Below, one piece after another: positions 8,002 through 16,975 of a stretch of DNA of 64,000 nt (position 1 is the stretch's first letter; each line of letters opens with the position of its first letter). The position numbers and the translations under genes are program-made. The notes beneath the pieces are model-generated. The model worked only from the letters and a program-made list of their open reading frames with translations, ran no database searches and was not told the origin of the DNA. Source of the DNA: Candidatus Latescibacterota bacterium (GTDB lineage Bacteria; Latescibacterota; UBA2968; SICM01); contig SICM01000004.1 in assembly GCA_009694805.1 (NCBI GenBank), positions 635-64,634 on the forward strand, in the 5' to 3' direction.

Positions 8002-9136
8002 TGATCGCAAACCTCACCCGCACCGCCTCGAACTCCGGCACCTCCGTCCGCCCCTTCAACGCCAACTCGGCCAGGACCCGGCCCGTCAGCGGCCCGAACT
8101 TGAACCCGTGTCCTGAACAGCAGGAGCCGATGACAACGCGCGAGTGGTCGGGGTGAAGGTCCATGATGAAATCCTTCGTCCCGTTCATCGTGTAGAGACA
8201 CGTCTCCCCGCCCAGAAACCGTTCGATCCGGGGGACGAACTGCCACTCCAGGAACGCCCGCAGGCGCTCGACCTCCTCATCGTCCACCGCCTCCACCCCC
8301 TCCTGGGGGTCGTCCCCCGCACCGACCGTCAGATCCCGGGCGACCTTGATCCCCTCCCGGCCAAATTCGGGCAGGCCATAATAGACCCTGTCCCCCCCCT
8401 CTCCCAGATAGCCCCAGACCGGAAACCGCCCCACGCAAAAATCCTCCGGCGGCCCGGCAGGCTTGAAATAGCAGACCCTCTGCCGGATGACCTTCAGGCG
8501 ACCCTTCAAGAAAGGGAGCAGGTCCGGAACCCACGCCCCCGCCGTGACCACCAGCCGCTCCGTCTCCATCGCCCCCCGCTCCGTCTCCACCCGGACCGGA
8601 TCGCGCGTCGGGTCGATGCCCGTCACCCGGCATTCCTCGTGTATCTCGACGCCATTCCGGCGACAGAGGCCGGTCAGAGCGGAGATCGTCTCGGCGGCGG
8701 CCACCAGCCCGGCCGTGCGGTCGTGGAGCGCACCCACTGCGTTCTCGAACCGGAATTGCGGAAAACGCCGCCGCGCCTCCGCCACGTCGAGCGGCTCCAC
8801 ATCCACCCCCATCTGCGCCACGGCGCGGGCGTAGGCAGGGTAGCTTCCCCCGGGCGGCCCGAAGAAAAACCCGGGGGTGCGGTGGATCAGCCGCTGGCCC
8901 GCGTCGCGCTCCAGCCTGGGCCACTCCTGGCCGTGTACGACCTGCATGAGACGGACGTAATCAGGGTCAAAATACACGCTCCGCGTGATCCGGGAGTGCC
9001 CGTGCGAGCTGCCCCGGTCGTGCCCGAGCCGGAACTGCTCAACCAGCCCCAGCCGCCGACAGCCGAGCCGGTGCAGGTGGTAGAGGGCCGATAGACCGTT
9101 GATCCCCCCCCCGATCACCAGCGCCTCGTAGACCAT
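7988..9136 (-). CDS. FAD-dependent oxidoreductase (sarcosine / N-methyltryptophan oxidase-like, DAO family)
   Basis: MVYEALVIGGGINGLSALYHL dinucleotide-binding motif at ATG 9136. The upstream ORF extension is repeat-derived. Confidence 0.8.
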   Translation of the reverse strand: MVYEALVIGGGINGLSALYHLHRLGCRRLGLVEQFRLGHDRGSSHGHSRITRSVYFDPDYVRLMQVVHGQEWPRLERDAGQRLIHRTPGFFFGPPGGSYPAYARAVAQMGVDVEPLDVAEARRRFPQFRFENAVGALHDRTAGLVAAAETISALTGLCRRNGVEIHEECRVTGIDPTRDPVRVETERGAMETERLVVTAGAWVPDLLPFLKGRLKVIRQRVCYFKPAGPPEDFCVGRFPVWGYLGEGGDRVYYGLPEFGREGIKVARDLTVGAGDDPQEGVEAVDDEEVERLRAFLEWQFVPRIERFLGGETCLYTMNGTKDFIMDLHPDHSRVVIGSCCSGHGFKFGPLTGRVLAELALKGRTEVPEFEAVRVRFAIRREA

Positions 9137-9155
9137 GCTTTTTTCCTTTAAATCA

Positions 9156-9247
9156 GACCTCACCCACCCCCTTCCCCCTCCCTCTCCGCTTGCGGAGAGG
9201 GAGGGGAGATAAGAGCCTCTCCCCTTAAACATGGGGAGAGTGAGGTC
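9156..9247. repeat. nested GC-rich hairpin element (GACCTCACCC ... GAGTGAGGTC family)
   Basis: Outer GACCTCAC/GTGAGGTC stem encloses CCCTCCCTCTCCGC/GCGGAGAGGGAGGG and CTCTCCCC/GGGGAGAG hairpins. Confidence 0.85.
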
Positions 9248-9269
9248 GCTTCACGCTTCACGCTTCACG
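9247..9269. repeat. heptamer array CGCTTCA x3
   Basis: cgcttca cgcttca cgcttca. Contains the esterase stop codon. Confidence 0.85.
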
Positions 9270-10313
9270 ACTTTTCAGCCATCTGTCGAACCAGTCCAGC
9301 GACTTCCGCCCGCTGAACTGGTGATCGTCCGGGAAACGGTCCGGCACGATCCGGTCCCCTGCGCCCGCCGCCCGGTAGATCCGCGCCAGGTGGTGATAAG
9401 CCTTCTGCACGTCCTCAATCACGAAGCATGTATCCTTCTCTCCCATCTCCACGCACAGCGGTCGGGGGGCGATCAGCCCGGCCACGTCCGGGATGTCTCC
9501 AATCGTCAGCAGTCCCGGCATGTACTGCGCCCCGCAGGTGTTGGCCCGCCCCCGCATCCCCAGGGCATCGCCCCGGACCGTGCTGACGTAGCCGCTGATG
9601 CAGGCGCACCCGATCCGTCCGTCCAGCGCCGACAGAAAGGTCGTCATCGTCCCCCCGAACGACACCCCCACGCACCCGAGTCGATCCGGGTCCACCTCCG
9701 GTCTGGACTGAAGATAGTCGAGCGTCCGCATCGCATCGCAGATCTGCAACGTCAACAGGTGGTAGCCCCGGTAGCCCTCGGCCATGTAATTCACATTGCA
9801 CGGATCGCGCCCCTGCCGCACCCACGCCGCCGGGCTCTTCCGCTCCCCGAATCCCCGCCAGTCCGGGGCGATCACGACGTAGCCTCTCCGCACCAGTTGC
9901 ACGCCGAGCTGGTGCTGGTAGTCCTCGTGCGGCTGCTCCTCCATATTCAGCCCCACCAGCGGATTCTTTCCCAGCCCGTGTCCGTGCGCCGCCAGAATGC
10001 CCGGCCTCCGATCTCCCTTTTTCAGCCCCTTCGGAGTCAGCACCCAGGCCGGCACGCTCGCGTAGCGCTCCGAGTCATAGACCACCTTCTCCCGCACATG
10101 GTCCCCCATATCCTCCCGCTTGAGCACCTCTGCCCGGAGCGGAACCTTCTCTGGCATCGGCCCCAGCAGCCTGGCCAGCCGCGACCGGAACGTGCGCCGC
10201 CAGGCCCGCCAGTCGTCCGTCGTCTTGCCGGCGAAAGACAGCGCCGGCCTCTCCCCCGCAATCCACGCGTGCACGGAGTCGTAGGAAGAAAAATATCGCT
10301 TTCGTTTGGACAT
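9258..10313 (-). CDS. alpha/beta hydrolase (acetyl-xylan-esterase / dienelactone-hydrolase-like)
   Basis: GVSFGG nucleophile elbow and AXE1-like N-terminal region. ATG 10313 lies 7 nt after GAGGAG. Confidence 0.75.
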   Translation of the reverse strand: MSKRKRYFSSYDSVHAWIAGERPALSFAGKTTDDWRAWRRTFRSRLARLLGPMPEKVPLRAEVLKREDMGDHVREKVVYDSERYASVPAWVLTPKGLKKGDRRPGILAAHGHGLGKNPLVGLNMEEQPHEDYQHQLGVQLVRRGYVVIAPDWRGFGERKSPAAWVRQGRDPCNVNYMAEGYRGYHLLTLQICDAMRTLDYLQSRPEVDPDRLGCVGVSFGGTMTTFLSALDGRIGCACISGYVSTVRGDALGMRGRANTCGAQYMPGLLTIGDIPDVAGLIAPRPLCVEMGEKDTCFVIEDVQKAYHHLARIYRAAGAGDRIVPDRFPDDHQFSGRKSLDWFDRWLKSREA

Positions 10314-10415
10314 GATGAGGCTCCTCTTGTTCACCGCAGGATCGTGAAATGATCAGCGGTTCGACTTCACTCAGATTTCCTTGGAGTCGTAGCTACAATT
10401 GTATATATTATTGTC

Positions 10416-10685
10416 ATGAAATTTGAATGGGACGAAAGAAAACGCAGGCTCAACCTCGAACGACACGGCATCGACTTCGAGGACGCCAAGCACATCTTTT
10501 CCGAACGTCCCGTCTATCTTTTCAGCAATATGCGTCACGGTGAACTCCGGCGACTTGCCGTTGGCCTGCTGAATGAAATTGAGATCACCGTTGTTTTTAC
10601 GATGCGCGGTGAAACCATCCGCCTCATCTCTGCCCGGAGGTCCAGAAAAAATGAGCGAAAAATCTATTGGGAAAACAAAATATAA
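10416..10685 (+). CDS. brnT: BrnT family toxin (DUF497)
   Basis: 89 aa, MKFEWDERKRRLNLERHGIDFEDA... typical BrnT N-terminus. Visibly AT-richer than the flanks. Confidence 0.85.
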   Translation: MKFEWDERKRRLNLERHGIDFEDAKHIFSERPVYLFSNMRHGELRRLAVGLLNEIEITVVFTMRGETIRLISARRSRKNERKIYWENKI

Positions 10686-10938
10686 AGGTAAAACCGACTG
10701 GGCGCGACTGCGGGCGATGACGGAAGAAGAGATCGAACGCAATGCCCGGCAGGACCCCGACAGTCTGCTTTTAGAGGACTGCGATATGTCCACACTGAAG
10801 GTATTTGTCCCTCCCCCAAAGCGGCTGGTGTCTCTGCGGGTCGATTCGGATGTGCTGGAGTGGTTCCGCAAAAAAGGCAAGGGCTACCAGACCAGAATCA
10901 ACGCTGTCCTGAGGGCCTATGTGAATGCCCAGAAATGA
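10651..10938 (+). CDS. brnA: BrnA family antitoxin
   Basis: MSEKSIGKTKYKGKTDWARLRAMTEEEIERNARQDPD...LRVDSDVLEWFRKKGKGYQTRINAVLRAYV, a BrnA-like C-terminal RHH region. Overlaps the brnT 3' end. Confidence 0.8.
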   Translation: MSEKSIGKTKYKGKTDWARLRAMTEEEIERNARQDPDSLLLEDCDMSTLKVFVPPPKRLVSLRVDSDVLEWFRKKGKGYQTRINAVLRAYVNAQK

Positions 10939-10964
10939 CGAATAGACAGGGGACGTCCCGACTT

Positions 10965-13667
10965 TCAAAACGTCACAGTTAATTTCTGTCCCTCCCTCAC
11001 TTCCACCCCTTCTCCCAGCGCCACCTCCACCAACCCCTTCTCCACTGTCCGGCACGTCGCCCGGATCGCCCTGCCGTCCAGCCTCGCCGTGACCTTCTCC
11101 CCGCTCCCCTGCACGACCAGACGCCTCAGCGTCACCGCTCCATACCCCACCCCCACGCCCACCGTCCGCGTCCCCTTCGCGACCTTCTGCGTCAGCGTCC
11201 CCCAGCCCGACGCGGTCGTGAACGCGCATCGGAAGTCCTCCCCCGACACCTTCGGGGAAAACCGCATCCGGCCCTCCACGGCGGAGTAGTGGTACCCGCA
11301 CAGCGCCAGCAGCACCGACCAGCTCGACATCGCCCGCGCGTAGTGATGCCCGCACTCAAACTCGTCCCATGGGTTGCGCCGCACCCCATCGTGCCGGTCT
11401 CGCACGCCCTTCACCACGGCCAGCCCCTCCGCCACAAATCCCTCATAGATGAGATGCGCGGCCACGTGGTATTCAATGCCCGTCCAGACCTCATCCGAAT
11501 ACACGAAAGGAAGCCTCGGACGATTCCCGCGCGGCCAGGAACAGAGCAGCAGCCCGGCCTCGTCGTTCAGCGCGTAGATCCGCTGGACATTGCTGAAGCC
11601 CCCGACCGGCCTGCGGAAGTTGTATCGGAAGATACTCTCCACCGTCTTCCCCACGCGCTTCGGGTCGAGCACATAGCCCAGCCCCGCCACGTGGCACGCC
11701 CACTGTCCCAGGAGCTGGTCGGACAGACATCCCTCCCCGTACTGGTACTTCACCTCAAACCCCTCCAGCGCAGCCGTCTTCGGGCCAGGCACCTCATTGC
11801 ACGCGCAGTCCTCCTCGCACGCCGTCGGCCCTCGCAGGTGCTCCGGCACGGTCAGGCCGGGCATCACCTCCACCTTCTGAATGTAATATTCGCCGTTCCA
11901 GAGCAGCGCGTCCGTCTTCTTCCGCCCGCTTTCATAGATCGCCCGGTATTCCTCCGCCTTCTCCTCTTCGCCCAGGTGCCGCGCCATCTCCTCCGCCGCG
12001 CGCAGGGCCCCCAGATACATCGCGCCCATCAGCGTGTTCGGACCATAGAACTCGATGTCGTAGGTGTTGTGCTGGCACCCCTCCATCACCCCGTCCCGGT
12101 CCGGGTCCCAGCCGTTCGGCTCCGTCCACGCGTACTCCAGCGCCCGCTTCAGGCTCGGCCAGATCTCGCGCAGGAAGGCCTCGTCCCCGCTCAACTGCCA
12201 GTCCCGATACGCCCGGATGATCGCCCCCATCTGCCCGTCCCCACACGCATGAAACGCCCTCGTCCGCACGCTGGCCGGCATACTCGTCCGGAACGTCATG
12301 TGCCCCCTGGCGTCCGTCGAGTTCAGGAACTCGTTCCGCCGGATGCTCCGTTCCAGCTCCGGGAACAGGAAGGCCAGCGCCTGCTCGTAGTTCCAGACGT
12401 GCGTGCAGGTGCCGTGGCAGCAGCCCACGTCGTCGCTGCATCCTTCCCATCCATAAAACTGTCCGTCGGCCAGGCGGATACAGGTGTTCGTCCGGATGAT
12501 GGACGCCTGGCTGGTGACCGCGTCGATCACCTGCTCAGGCAGGCTGCTGTCGAAGACCGTCCCGTGCCAGCGCCTCGACGCCTCCGTCAGACGCGGCATG
12601 TGCCGCGCGGCGTAGCGCGCCGCATCCCACGCATCCGTGAACCGCTGGCTCACGTACGTCCGGACCGGCGCCCCCTCCCCCCACGCCTTCAGGTACGGGA
12701 AGTGCCAGGAGATCATCACCGGCAGCGTCACCTCTCCCTTTGCGGGGACCGTCGCGCGCAGGGACAGCGCCCCGGCCTCGCCCCTTTCGGTCCCCCCGGT
12801 CGGCTTCTCACCGGGCACGTATTCGCTCTCCACCAGCGCCTCCAGCCGACCATCCTCCGCGAAGTCGTCCCACAGCACGTGCGCACTGTCCCACCCCCCC
12901 CCCCGGTAGAGCCGTGTCTGCGCGTCCACCTCCGTCCACGAAGTCATCAGCGCCGCCGTGCCGAAGTTCGGATCATAAACCGTCAGCTCCGGCGCCGTGA
13001 ACCAGAGCCCGCGCAACAGGTCATCCTGCCGGAACTGGTTCAGCTTCCCCGGAAACGGCTTCGTCTCGATCCCAATATCCTGCCATCCGAGCGGGTTCGT
13101 CATCGTCGCCAGCAGAGACAGCGCCACCGGCTTCGACGAAGGGTTCTCGAACCTCCAGTTGAACACCGCGGCCGGAATCGAGCTGTCGTCCGCGTTCAGG
13201 GGGATGAACGGATTGAACGCCTCCAGCCGGGCGCGCACCGGCAACTCCGCGTCCTGGAAGTCGATGAACGCGAAAGGATATTCCCCTCTGAACACCGCTT
13301 CATCCAGCCGCGCCACGCCGCCCAGGTGGCTCCGATCCATCCCGTGCCCGCGCACGTGGGTGTAGGGTGGCAGCAGCTTTCGCTCCAGGACCTTGGCCAC
13401 GGCCGCTTCGCCCCTCGGCTTCGCCCAGACCGCGAAGAGGGTCATCGGCAGGTCCTTGCCCTTGGCCGGGCGGTTGAAGATCTCCCAGTCGCGCAGGTTG
13501 CCCCGCCCGCCCAGGCTGATCGTGCCCGTCCCGATCCCCCCCAGCGGAAATGCGACCTCCTTCAGCGACGCGCCCGTGAACGTGCGCTGCTTCCCCGGCT
13601 CAAACAGTTCTTTCCGGGAATATGGAACCTGCGCCCTGGAGATCCGCGCCTTACCTTTCGTGGACAT
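10965..13667 (-). CDS. GH116 family beta-glucosidase / non-lysosomal glucosylceramidase-like hydrolase
   Basis: About 900 aa with a GBA2-type N-terminal domain and (alpha/alpha)6 catalytic domain features. ATG 13667 with GGGAGGGGG SD. Confidence 0.85.
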   Translation of the reverse strand: MSTKGKARISRAQVPYSRKELFEPGKQRTFTGASLKEVAFPLGGIGTGTISLGGRGNLRDWEIFNRPAKGKDLPMTLFAVWAKPRGEAAVAKVLERKLLPPYTHVRGHGMDRSHLGGVARLDEAVFRGEYPFAFIDFQDAELPVRARLEAFNPFIPLNADDSSIPAAVFNWRFENPSSKPVALSLLATMTNPLGWQDIGIETKPFPGKLNQFRQDDLLRGLWFTAPELTVYDPNFGTAALMTSWTEVDAQTRLYRGGGWDSAHVLWDDFAEDGRLEALVESEYVPGEKPTGGTERGEAGALSLRATVPAKGEVTLPVMISWHFPYLKAWGEGAPVRTYVSQRFTDAWDAARYAARHMPRLTEASRRWHGTVFDSSLPEQVIDAVTSQASIIRTNTCIRLADGQFYGWEGCSDDVGCCHGTCTHVWNYEQALAFLFPELERSIRRNEFLNSTDARGHMTFRTSMPASVRTRAFHACGDGQMGAIIRAYRDWQLSGDEAFLREIWPSLKRALEYAWTEPNGWDPDRDGVMEGCQHNTYDIEFYGPNTLMGAMYLGALRAAEEMARHLGEEEKAEEYRAIYESGRKKTDALLWNGEYYIQKVEVMPGLTVPEHLRGPTACEEDCACNEVPGPKTAALEGFEVKYQYGEGCLSDQLLGQWACHVAGLGYVLDPKRVGKTVESIFRYNFRRPVGGFSNVQRIYALNDEAGLLLCSWPRGNRPRLPFVYSDEVWTGIEYHVAAHLIYEGFVAEGLAVVKGVRDRHDGVRRNPWDEFECGHHYARAMSSWSVLLALCGYHYSAVEGRMRFSPKVSGEDFRCAFTTASGWGTLTQKVAKGTRTVGVGVGYGAVTLRRLVVQGSGEKVTARLDGRAIRATCRTVEKGLVEVALGEGVEVREGQKLTVTF

Positions 13668-13702
13668 GAACCCCCTCCCATACCGGTCGCTTACGCTCCA
13701 CT

Positions 13703-13722
13703 CCCGGCGATGAATCGCCGGG
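13703..13722. repeat. hairpin CCCGGCGA-TGAA-TCGCCGGG
   Basis: Perfect 8-bp stem in the spacer upstream of the GH116 gene. Confidence 0.8.
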
Positions 13723-13755
13723 CTACGAAAAACATATCCCCCCTCCACACCCCTT

Positions 13756-13777
13756 GCGCAGGGATGAATCCCTGCGC
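13756..13777. repeat. hairpin GCGCAGGGA-TGAA-TCCCTGCGC
   Basis: Perfect 9-bp stem with the same GATGAATC centre as 13703-13722. Confidence 0.8.
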
Positions 13778-13811
13778 CTCTGCGGCCCTTGGCGCTCTGG
13801 ACGGCCTGGGG

Positions 13812-14810
13812 TTATTTCTTCAGGATACCATCCACAAACCGATACGCCTCCTCCCGCACCTCCGGCGGGAAATCGTGCTCGCAATCAGGCTGCACGATCA
13901 CAAGCCTGTCCAGCGCCTTGAGCAGCGCGTATACGGGCCTGGCCGCCTCCACGCAATCATCGACCCCCGACAGGAAATTGCCGTCCTTCAGCGGGGCGTT
14001 GATGAACACGGACCTCGGCGCCATCGCCCCGAGGATCTCCGTGAAATCGAACGGCATCTTCGCGGGGTCCTTGCCGTAGACCTCGGCGATGCGCGGCATG
14101 TAGCCTTTGTGGCTCCAGCCCGTCAGGTCTCCCCCATAGTACTTGGAAAAGGAGTTGAACCCGCAGCTCGTCACCACCACCTGAATCCGCTCGTCAAACG
14201 TCGCGACGTACAGGGAATTGTGCCCGCCCAGGGAATGCCCGATGCACCCGATGCGCGCCCCGTCCACCTCCGGCAGCGACTGAAGCAGGTCCACCGCCCG
14301 CATATGGTTCCAGATCCCCTTCATCGTCGCGCTCACATAGCCCCGCGCGTACACATCGATCTGGTAATCGCCGAAATTGGGATAATCCGGCGCGAGCGTG
14401 ACATATCCGCGCCCGGCCAGTTCCTCCGCGTAGTGGAGGTTCGGGAGCCCCCCCACGCCCGCCGGTTCCCCCTTGCCGATCTTCGTCGTCTGATGCAGAC
14501 AGAGCATCGCCGGGACCTTGCCTTTCAGCCCCTTCGGGATGAACAGGTACGCAGGGACCCGGTCGTCCTGCTCGACAGCAAACGTGATCTTCTTCCGCGT
14601 GAAGGTCGGAAACTCGACCTCCTCTACTTCCTGAACATCGAGCGGGACCCTTTTCCCCTCGTCCGGCTTCTTTCCCATGACTTCCTGCATGTTCGCCAGG
14701 ATATGCGCCCGCCGCTTCTTCCAATCCTCGACGCTCTTGACCTCATGGGCCTTCCCCTGGCCATCCAGGTAAACCATCAGATCCTTCTTGCCCGCATAAA
14801 ATGGTGTCAC
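13812..14810 (-). CDS. alpha/beta hydrolase (dienelactone hydrolase / acetyl esterase-like)
   Basis: GHSLGGHNS nucleophile elbow. GTG 14810 lies 5 nt after GAGGGAG and overlaps the upstream stop as GTGA. The ORF track gives 14840. Confidence 0.72.
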   Translation of the reverse strand: MTPFYAGKKDLMVYLDGQGKAHEVKSVEDWKKRRAHILANMQEVMGKKPDEGKRVPLDVQEVEEVEFPTFTRKKITFAVEQDDRVPAYLFIPKGLKGKVPAMLCLHQTTKIGKGEPAGVGGLPNLHYAEELAGRGYVTLAPDYPNFGDYQIDVYARGYVSATMKGIWNHMRAVDLLQSLPEVDGARIGCIGHSLGGHNSLYVATFDERIQVVVTSCGFNSFSKYYGGDLTGWSHKGYMPRIAEVYGKDPAKMPFDFTEILGAMAPRSVFINAPLKDGNFLSGVDDCVEAARPVYALLKALDRLVIVQPDCEHDFPPEVREEAYRFVDGILKK

Positions 14811-16798
14811 AACAACTCCCTCTTGAATGTCCTTACCCACCGCCGCTCAAAATGCTTCAGCCCATTGAACGTCAGATTGAGATCCACCGTCACGTGAAAC
14901 GCCGACTCCGTGCTCCGCAGCGTGCAGTTCGTGTCCACCGTCGTCACCCCGTCCACCCGTACGATCCTGCGATGGTGCCGCCCCGTGGCCACCGCGTCCC
15001 CCGGGTCCCGGTTGGACACGCTCACCTCCAGCCGCGCATCGCTCGCGACCTCCGTCGTCGGATTCGCCCGGTTCGTCCCTCGCGTGTGCGTCCGCAGGAC
15101 CGTCCGGTCGTTCAGCAGATCCTGCGCGATCTCCCACGGGGCCTCGCCCGGCGAGAGCTGGTAGGCCTGCGTGGCAGGGTCCGCCGGCTGAAAGACGGGC
15201 TGATCGTCCCCTGTCGAAAGCGGGACCACCGGCAGCGTCAGCCGCGACGCGTGGCCGGACCCGCGATACACCCGGTTCGTCCCCGGCTGCGGCGTGGGCC
15301 AGAGATTCGGAAAGTCGCTGCTGCACACCGCCAGCCGGATGCGATGCCCCTTCTGGAACCGCCAGCTCGTGCAGTCGATCTCGACCTCCAGCTCGTAGAC
15401 CTCCCCTGGCGTCATCGGCCTGGGATGCGTCAACGACGCCCGCCGCGTCCCGTTCAGCACCCCATTGGCCACCAGCGCGGACGTCCCGTCCGGGGCCACG
15501 TCCGACAGCCGCGCCACAAACGCCATCACCTCCGCCGTGGACGAGACGTGCAGGACCGCCCGCGCCCAGCCCAGGATCTCCACCTCCTCCTCCAGCGGCG
15601 GCGTGGTGTAGACCAGCGAGTGAATCTCGTCGGGCCGCTGGTCCGTCGGCAGCCCGAACGGCACCCCCCCGCTCCACAGCCCCCCGCAGACCCCCACCGT
15701 CGGACGATAGTCATACGCGTCAGACCCGTCCGCGCCGGGCGATGCCGAGAGCGCCCCGCCCGCGTCGAGATGGTAAACCTGCTCCTTCGCCCCCGGCGTG
15801 GGGAACGCCCGGTCCTGCCGCCAGTGGCCGCTCGTGACCAGCCGGTCCGCCTTCGGGTCGTCGTAGGTCTGCGTGTACACGCAGACCGCCGGCTCGTCCA
15901 TCACCCCGTTCGGCTCCCCCTTCAGCCAGTAGTCGCACCACCGCACGACCTCGTGCATGTAGTCGATACGCGGGCCGGGGATCGCCCCGTTCGGCCGCGC
16001 GTGATTCCAGGGGCCGACCAAAACCTTCTTCGGGACCTTCAGGTGCGTGAACGTCCTCAGCGGCGGGTTCGGGTACCCGTCCCGCCATCCCCCGATCATG
16101 AACACGGAACACTTCACCCTGTCGTACTGCCCGCGCAGGCTGGCCGGACGCCAGTAGGCGTCGTCCGTCTGGTGCTGGAGCCAGGTCAGAAGATACGGCT
16201 CGTTGTTCTCCAGGTGCGCCTCCCAGATACGCGCCCAGTCGTCCCCGCTCACCTCCGGATACGTCGGCATGGCGTTCATACCGATCATGCTCGACCCATA
16301 GGCCCCGATGTCGTAGTAGCACCGCAGGCACCCGCCCCGGTAGTGGCAGTCGTCCGTGTACCGGTCGTCCGTGAAATAGACCGGGATGATCGTCGTCAGG
16401 TGCGGGGGCTGGCGCGTGGCCACCTGCACGCAGGTGAACCCCCCGTAGGACGCCCCGAACATCCCGATCTTCCCGCTGCACCACGGCTGCTGCGCCAGCC
16501 ACTCGATCGCGTCGCAGGCGTCCAGTTGCTCGATGGGGACGTATTCATCCTTGTTGATCCCCTCGCTCGCCCCCGATCCCCGCACATCCAGCCGCGCCCC
16601 GATGATCCCGTGCTGCGCGAGATAGTGATGATGCCCGGTAAAGGGCATCGCATCGTCCTTCCGGTAGGGGATGTACTCCAGGACGAGCGGGAACGGCCCG
16701 TCCCCCTCCGGCACGTGCATGTCCAGCGCCAGCCGCGTCCCGTCCCGCACGGGGATCATGACATTCTTGACGAACTTGACCTCGTGAAGTTCCGCCAT
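14807..16798 (-). CDS. CocE/NonD family hydrolase (X-Pro dipeptidyl-peptidase S15-like)
   Basis: MAELHEVKFVKNVMIPVRDGTRLALDMHVPEGDGPFPLVLEYIPYRKDD plus GASYGG. ATG 16798 with GAGGAG SD. Confidence 0.85.
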   Translation of the reverse strand: MAELHEVKFVKNVMIPVRDGTRLALDMHVPEGDGPFPLVLEYIPYRKDDAMPFTGHHHYLAQHGIIGARLDVRGSGASEGINKDEYVPIEQLDACDAIEWLAQQPWCSGKIGMFGASYGGFTCVQVATRQPPHLTTIIPVYFTDDRYTDDCHYRGGCLRCYYDIGAYGSSMIGMNAMPTYPEVSGDDWARIWEAHLENNEPYLLTWLQHQTDDAYWRPASLRGQYDRVKCSVFMIGGWRDGYPNPPLRTFTHLKVPKKVLVGPWNHARPNGAIPGPRIDYMHEVVRWCDYWLKGEPNGVMDEPAVCVYTQTYDDPKADRLVTSGHWRQDRAFPTPGAKEQVYHLDAGGALSASPGADGSDAYDYRPTVGVCGGLWSGGVPFGLPTDQRPDEIHSLVYTTPPLEEEVEILGWARAVLHVSSTAEVMAFVARLSDVAPDGTSALVANGVLNGTRRASLTHPRPMTPGEVYELEVEIDCTSWRFQKGHRIRLAVCSSDFPNLWPTPQPGTNRVYRGSGHASRLTLPVVPLSTGDDQPVFQPADPATQAYQLSPGEAPWEIAQDLLNDRTVLRTHTRGTNRANPTTEVASDARLEVSVSNRDPGDAVATGRHHRRIVRVDGVTTVDTNCTLRSTESAFHVTVDLNLTFNGLKHFERRWVRTFKRELL

Positions 16799-16850
16799 AC
16801 GTCGCTCCTCGAAGGAAGTGAAACCGCCCCCCATCCCTCCCCCATCATAG

Positions 16851-16930
16851 AGTGCCAAGTGTCAAGTGCCAAGTGCCAAGTAATCCCCTACGGATTTGAC
16901 GTGGCACGTGATACGTGGCACGTGGCACTT
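16851..16930. repeat. heptamer array pair: (AGTGCCA)x4 and (CGTGGCA)x4
   Basis: agtgcca agtgtca agtgcca agtgcca ... cgtggca cgtgata cgtggca cgtggca. Confidence 0.85.
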
Positions 16931-16975
16931 TGCAAGAGAGGGAGGGGGTGGGGGGGTGGAAGGGAGGCTTCCCTC

